A DNA stretch of 64,000 nucleotides from the NCBI GenBank assembly GCA_008632985.1, contig QPGO01000131.1, forward strand, positions 62,001 to 126,000. The letters are read 5' to 3'. Below the pieces are notes generated by a model, which worked only from the letters and a program-made list of their open reading frames with translations, did no database searches and had not been told where the DNA came from. The position numbers and the translations under genes are program-made. Numbering within the stretch: position 1 is the first letter of the stretch; each line of letters begins with the position of its first letter. Below, piece after piece: positions 56,615-64,000 of the stretch. Source of the stretch: Psammoneis japonica. Taxonomy: Eukaryota.

Positions 56615-58418
56615 TTACTTGTTGTAGTTCTGAATTTGAGAAAAAATGAAATGTGAGTGTATGGAAAGACCTAGACAAATGAAATTCTACTGACAGCGGC
56701 TTTCGTACCTTGAGGAAGTCCAAAGCTTCTGCACTGACTTCTTCTTTTTGGAGAACCTTTCCTCCCGCTTCTCCTCCCTTGACAACACCAAGACCAGAAC
56801 CACTAGCCTTAACAGCTGGAGCAGCTGGTTTCGGGGCCGGCGCAGGTGCGGGCTTGGGAGCAGGTTGCGGTGCTGGAACAGGTGCGGGTGCAGGTGCTTC
56901 GGGCTTAGCAGCAGCCTTCTCCTCCATGGCAGCCTTTTTCTCGGCAGCCGCAGCAGCTGCCTCCTTCTCCTTGGCCTTCTGTTCTGCGGCCTTTTCAGCA
57001 GCAGCCTTCTCTTTTGCAAGCTTTTCGGCCTTGATTGCTTCATCCTTAGCTTTCTGTTCGGCATCTTCCGCGGCCCGCTTGTCGGCGAGGGCCTTGGCAG
57101 CAGCCTCCTTATCTTCAGCAACCTTGGCGGCCTGTTCCTCTGCTTTCTTGGCTTTGGCCTCGCTTGCTGCTTTGGCCTTGGCCTCCTGTTCCGCTGCTTT
57201 CTTGGCTTTGGCCTCGCTTGCTGCTTTGGCCTTGGCCTCCTGTTCCGCTGCTTTCTTAGCTTTAGCATCTTTGGCGGCCTGGTCTTTCGCAGCCTTTTCG
57301 GCTTCTTTCTTGGCTTTAGCAGCGGCGGCCTTTTCAGCTTTGGCGGCCTTCTCCTTCTCAGCATCGACGGGTGCAGGTTTTGGTGCGGACTTCTTCGCAG
57401 CCTGCCCGGAACCATCAAAATCATATCCATCTTGGGACTTCAGCTTCTTCGTAGCTTTCTTAACAGGCGCAGCCTTGGTAACCGCGGCCTTTGGTGCACC
57501 AGACTTCCCGATTTCGACCTTTGGCGCAGAAATCGTCGGCGGGGAGATATCAGCAAGCGGCGCAGCAAAAATAAGTCCCAAAGAAGCCGCTCCGGCACCA
57601 AAAAATCCCTACCAAACATAACAGCAACAGAAGAAGTGAGTTTCGCTACGCCAAATCAAGCCAGAGACGAATAAAGAAAGTGCGACTGAACGTACCAACG
57701 CCTTTCCGAGGGTGCCACCATCCACCTGAGAATCGATCTGTTGCTTCTGCTTGCGTGCTTCTTCCTCGGCAATTTCTTTCTCAATCTGTGCGCGACGCTC
57801 CAACGTACCGGTCAAGATACTCCTGGTTCCAGCGAGAAGAGCGACCGGAGCAAGGAGAAGAGGAGCAGCGCCGAGCGCAACACCAACGGGTCCAGCGTTA
57901 GGATCAGCGGAAGTCGATTTGGGCGCCGGAGGAGGCTTGGGCATGACCGCCTTCTTTTCTTTCTTAATCTCCTTACGGACTGCGACTGGCTTCGCGGGCG
58001 CGGCAGCCACCTTCTTTTCGAGAGTTTTGGTCTCAAGCTGCACATATTCACTCTTCTTGGGGGAAGAACGTTTCGCCTTGGGTGCAGGAGCTGGCTTTTC
58101 AACGACAGGTGCTGGTGGTGGTGGAACCGGCTTCTGCTTCGCAGCAGGTTTGGGCTTTGGGGCGGGTTTGGGCTTCGGAGCAGGTTTCGGCCTTGGAGCT
58201 GGCCGAGACTTTTGAGGCGCAGGAGGGGGGGAGCTCAATAGCTTGTTCTCCAGATCCGACAAGTCCATGCTCATGCCACCCTTCGCAGCACGTGCCGGGG
58301 TAGATCGGGTGAAGGTAGGGATAGCATTCCTGGATACAAAACTGCTGTGACTAGACGACGGCACAAAAGCGTCGGTGGTAGCCACCGTCGCAAAGAGGGC
58401 AAGAGCGCTGAACTTCAT
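56615..58418 (-). CDS. Probable plastid-targeted Ala/Lys/Pro-rich membrane protein; introns 57609-57695 and 56630-56708
   Basis: Signal peptide then AFVP; PKPA and KAAE repeats; two hydrophobic segments; GT-AG splicing joins the frames and ends FLKNYNK*. Confidence 0.8.
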
Positions 58419-58789
58419 TGTCGACTATATAAACCAACAAGTTTCAGAGCTAAAACCTGCAACCGTCAGCACTGTCCAGCACAAAAGCGTTGACGATGTT
58501 GGATGGTCACGTTCGTTTGGTTGTTTGGTTGCCGCTTGCAACACCAGCCACTGACATACGCGTTTGTTGAGGTTTCTCGCCCGGCGAACACCGTATCTTT
58601 TTGATTTCCTTGATTCAAACTGTGACGTAAGCGACCTCCACGACGCGCTCGCGAGATGGAGGAGCGCGCGATCCGAAGGCACTCACGAGTGGTCACTCTT
58701 TCTCTGTCTCTCTCATGTGAGCACATCTGCCAAGTTGCTGATGCTGAGGAAAAGAACAACAACACTGTCGAAATCATGTTGATCACCCA

Positions 58790-60975
58790 GTCACCCATTG
58801 CAAGGCTGATCTTGTGGTGTTGTGTTGCCCGTGTCACCTTTTGTTCCCAACAGCAATGACCGACTTTAACCTCCAAAGTTCACACTGAAAGGGTGCCATG
58901 ACGCCCCCCACCAAGCTGACATCTACAAGCTGGGGACACTGGTGGCATCTGGTGGACCCAGGGTGAGACTTCAAGAATTCAAGAGCTGTTGTTGGGTGCT
59001 GCAAGGTTGATCCTGTGGTTTTGTGCCCCAGGTCACATTGTCCTCCCCAACAGCAGCCAACATGACCAAAGGTCAAGGATCTCATCATTGCACCAACCAC
59101 CTGACAACTGCCAGCAGAGGGCATTGGTTTTTTTTTGTGAACCCTGGGTGAGATTTAAGAGCTGTTGTTTTGGGCATTGCAAGGTTGATCCTGCTGTGGT
59201 GCCATGGTCGTGTGTCATGTTGTGCCCAAGAGGGAGCAGACTTGAAATTCCAAAAATTCTCAAGTGAAAGAACCCTGCACAATGGCACCAACCAACCTCA
59301 CAACTGCAAGCTGAGGGCATTGGTGGTCTGTGGTGGACCCCAGGTGACAGTTTGAGAGCTGCGGCTGAGCACTGCACAGTTGATCTTGTGGTGTTGTGAC
59401 ACCATGTCAGGTTGTCCCAACAGCAGTGGGACTTGAACCTTGAACTTCCAAACTCCAGAGTGCAGGGATCCCTTGGTGGCACTCAACCAACCCAACAACT
59501 GCCAATGGAGGGTGCTGGTGATGTCTGGCAAACTCCGGGTGAGACTTTGAGAAACTGTGGTGAGGAGGGGGCACCGCAAGGTTGATGTTGCGGCATTGTG
59601 GCCCCACACATGTCACCTTGTGTGCCCAACAGCAGCAGACTTGGCTTTCCCAACTCCAAAGTGCAAGGATCCCATCATGGCATCAACCAACCTGACAACT
59701 GCCAGAAGAAGAGGGCACCGGTGGTCTTTGGGAAATCCTGGGGTGAAACTTCTTTGAGAGCTGTTGTTGGGCATTGCAAGGTTGAGCGCTGCAGCCATGT
59801 GTCACATTGTGCCCAACAGGAGCAGAGCTGAACTTCCAAATTCCAAAGAGTGAAAAGATCCCATGACAGCACCAACCAACCTCACAACTGCAAGCTGGGG
59901 ATGTTGGGGGTTTGTGGCAGACCCCAGGGACAGTTTGAGAATTGTGCCGGAGTGCTGCAAGGTCAATCCCATGGCATCGTGGGGTGCCACATGACCTTGT
60001 CCCCAACAGCAGCGGACGACTTGCCAAACTTGTTCCAAACTCCCAGAAAAGTGCAGGGGTCCCATGGCAGCACCAACCAACCCAACAACTGCTGGCAAAG
60101 AGCATTGGTGGTGTCTGGCGGCAAACCCCAGGTGGTGCTTGAAGATTTGCAGCTGGGCATTGCAAGTTGCAAGGTCGTTGTGGTGTTGTGGCCCCATGTC
60201 ACCTTGTGCCCAACCACAGCACAGCAACTTGAACTCCAAAAGTCCACATTTGGAGGATCCCATCACAGCACCAACCAACCTGGCAACTGCAAATTGAGGG
60301 AACTGCTGGCAGTGTCTGGCACACACCAGGCGCGACTTAAAGAATTGTGGCTGGGCATTGCAAGGTTGATGTTGTGGCACTGTGGCCCCATGTCACCCCC
60401 TCTTGTGCCCAAGAACCACAGCAGACTTGAACTTTCAAACTTCACATTTGGAGGATCCCATTGTGTGGTGCCAACCAACCTGACAACTGCAAGTTGAGGG
60501 CACTGGCAGTGTCTGGTGTGCACCAGGGTGTGACTTCAAGAATTGTGGCCGAGAGCATTGCCAGGTTGGTGTTGTGGCATTGTGGCCCCATGTCAGCTTG
60601 TGCCCAATGGCAGTGGACTTGACTTTCCCAACTCCAAAGTGCAAAGATCCCATCATGGTGCCAACCAACCTGTGACAGCTGACAGCAGAGGTCATTGTCA
60701 GTCTTTGATGGACCCCATGTGAGACTTGGTACATGATGAGCTGTTGTTGGGCACTGCAAGGTTAATCTTGTGGTGCTGTGGCTCCATGTTGCCTTGTCCC
60801 TGACAGGAGCAGACTTGAGCTTCTTGCTCCAAACTCCAGAGTGTGAAAGAACCCCACAGTGACACCAGTCAACCCACCAATTGCCAGCAGAGGGCACTGG
60901 CAGTGTCTGGTGGACACCAAGGGCAAGGCTTGAAGAGCTGTTGTTGTTGGGCATTGCAAGGTTGATCTTGTGACA
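58790..60975. repeat. Degenerate tandem array, about 12 units of about 180-200 bp
   Basis: ttgggcattgcaaggttgat..gtgg / ccaaccaacc.gacaactgc recurs near 58800, 59000, 59180, 59375, 59577, 59777, 59957, 60160, 60360, 60560, 60757, 60957. Confidence 0.85.
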
Positions 60976-61604
60976 AGGATTGAACAATCCTGTTTTTCAA
61001 TCCAGCGGCATTGGACAAAACCAAGGTTGAGTGAGTCTTGTGTGACCTTGGTCCTTGACTCTTTCTGCACCCATCTGAGCAGAGCTGGAGCCAACATGTT
61101 TTGCTGTGACTGCTGACCAAAACCTTGTGGGGGAGAGCAGGGCACGCACCACACACCCGGCCTTTCTGACAATGACAGCAAGGGAGGATCTGGCTGTGGA
61201 AAATGACTCAGATTTCAGACATGGAAGCCAAGGATTGGATTTCTACAATCAAGAGACTGCATTGGGAAGTGAGGGCAGTGACAAAGAAAGACAGAGAAAT
61301 TCTAAGTGGCGCAGTTGACTCAACCAAACAACAACATGGCACACATCAAACATCAAACTCACGTCAGAGCCAAAAGCTGGCAAGGAGCACAAAGATCTGC
61401 CAAGGCGCTGGTCAAACAAATGGGGTGGAAGAAGGTTTGTGCTCATGCACTGTGCTGGTGCTGGGTGTGATTCAGGATGCAAGCTCCATGGCGCACCCCC
61501 AACTGTCACAAAGTCCTTGATGGCAATGTGAGGTGCCTTGCGAACAAATGGTTTGTTGCCAAGTTGTGCAAGGCTGTCATCAAGAAATGTGATGAAGAGC
61601 ATGG

Positions 61605-61812
61605 CAAGAACTTTGTCGTCAACCATTTGGATGAATCAACAAGCTTCAGAGCCAAACCTGCAACCACCAGCACTGTCCAGCATGACACTGGTGTTGATGA
61701 TGTTGGATGGTCACATTTGTTTGGTTGTTTGGCTGCCGCTTGAGGTTCTCACCCAGCAAACACTGCACCCTTTTGATTTCTTTGACTCAAACTGTGATGC
61801 AAGCAACCTCCC
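61605..61812 (+). repeat. Mutated duplicate of 58410-58640 (start and upstream region of the Ala/Lys/Pro-rich gene)
   Basis: Shared aaacctgcaacc..cagcactgtccagca, gatgttggatggtcac, tttggttgtttgg, ttttgatttc.ttga.tcaaactgtga. Confidence 0.85.
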
Positions 61813-63199
61813 CAAAGGCAGTCACAAGGGATCCATGTGGTGGTTCATCCCTCTCCACAGAAGTCTTTCCAACTCTTTGCCAGTCAAAAAAACTTGAGAC
61901 AGATGAATTCAGGCAACAAGTTGAGGACATTTTGGCTGAAAATTCCTTCCCTTGACCCTGCAATGTGGAGAGAGAATGCAAGAGTGCATGACACAACATC
62001 ACATCACTCTCATTGCTCGCGGGCATGCGGTGCATCCACAGCCAATGCTGCTGCTGGTGGTGTGGTGGCAAGCAAAAGAAAAGTTGTGCTGTCAAAGCCA
62101 AGTTGGCCACCCTGTCACCACACATCCAAGTCACCAAGTCATGGTGTGCAGGACCCTCTTGGGGGTGGTGCATGATGGGGGGCAAAACATCACAAGAAAA
62201 ATGTCATCTTGTGCCAGGGGCATGCCAGCAGCTGGCACACATCAGGGCACCTTCCCGCACAATGGCCACTGTCTTGTCTTAAATGGTGACAAATGCTCTC
62301 ACCAGTTGGCCCCTCCTGACATGGGCCAATGCTTCAAGTGATGAGAAACACCATGCTTTAAACACCATGAGTTCCTTGCTGCAACTCCTTGCTGCGCAGC
62401 TTGAGAAAGTGACCTTTTTCTTTTTCTCACAGACAAGTGTTGCCTCATTTCAGAGAAACATTCAGCACCAACATGTGTGGGTTGAGAGAAGAGAGTGTTG
62501 CAAGCCCATCCTCAATTCTCTTGCAATGCTCCTCACACCTCCAGCACTGTGATGAATCACCTCTCTTTCATCTGTGCCCAGAGAGGCAATGCTGAGAAAA
62601 AGAAAAGTCTTGGCATTGAGCACACAGTGCACCCCCCAAACAGCAAAGTTGCCACTGGCATGTCTGCATGCACCCTGCCCAATCTTGAGAGATGAGCCAC
62701 ATGAACAACAAGTGGGTGCAAAGAGTGGGACCTCAACAAAAAAGCACAAATGTGAGAGGTGCGCAAGAGTTTGTTGGGTCCAGCTGCCAACTTTGGGTGC
62801 AAAACCAAAGCTGCCTCTGCCCCCTGCACACAAACTTCCAGCTCTTGACCAAGAGTTGGCAGAATGTGTCAGCCCACCTGTTGTGCGATGGACAGACTGT
62901 GTGCGGATGATGACCGGACCATTTGGACAGACGAGCAGATCTCTCTGAGATCTGCCTCTCACTTTCTCATCTGCTGGCACTCGTGTTGTCACAGTCCCAG
63001 TGCTCAGGGAGTCTTTCACACCTCTGTCATCATTGACCTTCGGCATTCTGTCAGGTTGTGGCCTTACGCTGTGCCACAGAACTCTGCGCCAAGCTTTCCA
63101 TCTCGATTCATTTGTTTTGTGAGCTGACCGAGCAAGCCTCATCTTCTGTTCCAACAACAATTTTTTTCTCGCTTTCCCGGCATTTTTCACGATCGCAGA

Positions 63200-64000
63200 A
63201 ACATGCCAGATTTCTTCATGTGCATGACCAAAAATGCCCTCATCAAGTGAAACCATGGCGTCTCCCGACCTTGCAAAGGCCGCTCCGACGTCCATTGCAG
63301 AGATCCACCATGAGTTTCAAGAACACACAATGACACCTCATTTCCATGCGACCTTGAACAAGATGCGCGCCGATTCAACATTTGATCTGGACCCGTTCTT
63401 TGATGATCCAGAACATGCTCAACCGAAGAAAGATTTTGTTGATGTGTTTCGAGATCACCTCGTCCACACGGCGTTCCCACCTTGCACGGTCCATCCTGTG
63501 GACATGCAGGCTGTCAAGATGATTGTGGATGAAGCTGCGCTCCGCATTGTTGACTCTGCCAGGCCTCGTGCGATCCGCATGACGCCCGCATCTCTCTCGT
63601 TGATCATCAAGACCAATCTCTGGGGAGCCACGATCAAATCATGTGCGTTGTCATCTCCACACACCACATTGATGATGACCCCGACATGACATGGAACTGT
63701 CAGGATTGGAAGGAGTTCTCCCTCATGCCCCACCCGCAGAACCCACAGCCTGCACCATCATCTACGACTGCTTCAGGACCTGCGACAGTTGGTGTGAATG
63801 ACTCAATCACCACCCTCAACAAGTTTGCGTCAAGCCACGCTCCGCCTTCCACTGCCTCTGGCAAGACCTCTGGAACTCCCGCAACTTCCACAGCATCCAA
63901 ATGTCTCTTCAATCCCAACACCCTGCCTCCCGATGTTTGCACACGCTGCGACCGCAAAGAAAGTGGTGCCGTCACCCTGAAGAGCTCTCTGGTCCCTTGT
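63200..64000 (+). mobile_element. Start of a younger TA-depleted, CG-retaining coding relic, running off the window
   Basis: Protein-like, Tyr-free ORF 63234-63689; many CG, very few TA. Confidence 0.4.

Noticed and set aside
56710..57674. Long antisense ORFs over the Ala/Lys-rich gene
   Set aside because: Shadow frames of low-complexity codons.
58790..60975. CRISPR array
   Set aside because: Units are similar along their whole length, with no unique spacers, no cas genes and a eukaryotic context.

Overview
Eukaryotic nuclear DNA, most likely a diatom: compact genes, short GT-AG introns and signal peptide + 'AF' plastid-targeting motifs. The window alternates gene-dense blocks (about 19 recognisable genes) with repeat/relic blocks at about 1-2700, 16600-23000, 30550-34700, 38560-39840, 43640-46070 and 58700-64000. 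Main results: (1) The relic blocks have lost almost all TpA as well as CpG. Two pairs of paralogous copies in the window show the direction: TA->TG/CA and CG->TG/CA. The TA part is the reverse of fungal RIP, it appears to run ahead of CpG loss, and it fades next to active genes. (2) An intronless 847-aa gene fuses two complementary PanD-like (pyruvoyl aspartate decarboxylase) domains to two betaine-type N-methyltransferase domains, a candidate one-protein beta-alanine betaine synthase. (3) A 5.1-kb PIF/Harbinger-ISL2EU-like transposon (TIRs, AT TSD, nearby empty-site copy) carries an XPG/FEN1-like nuclease. (4) An intact L-rhamnonate dehydratase sits tail-to-tail with a decayed FAH-SDR fusion (LRA6-LRA5-like). 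Several single-base frameshifts in conserved genes are probably assembly errors. All calls come from reading the sequence and recognising motifs; no searches were run, and repeat boundaries are approximate.
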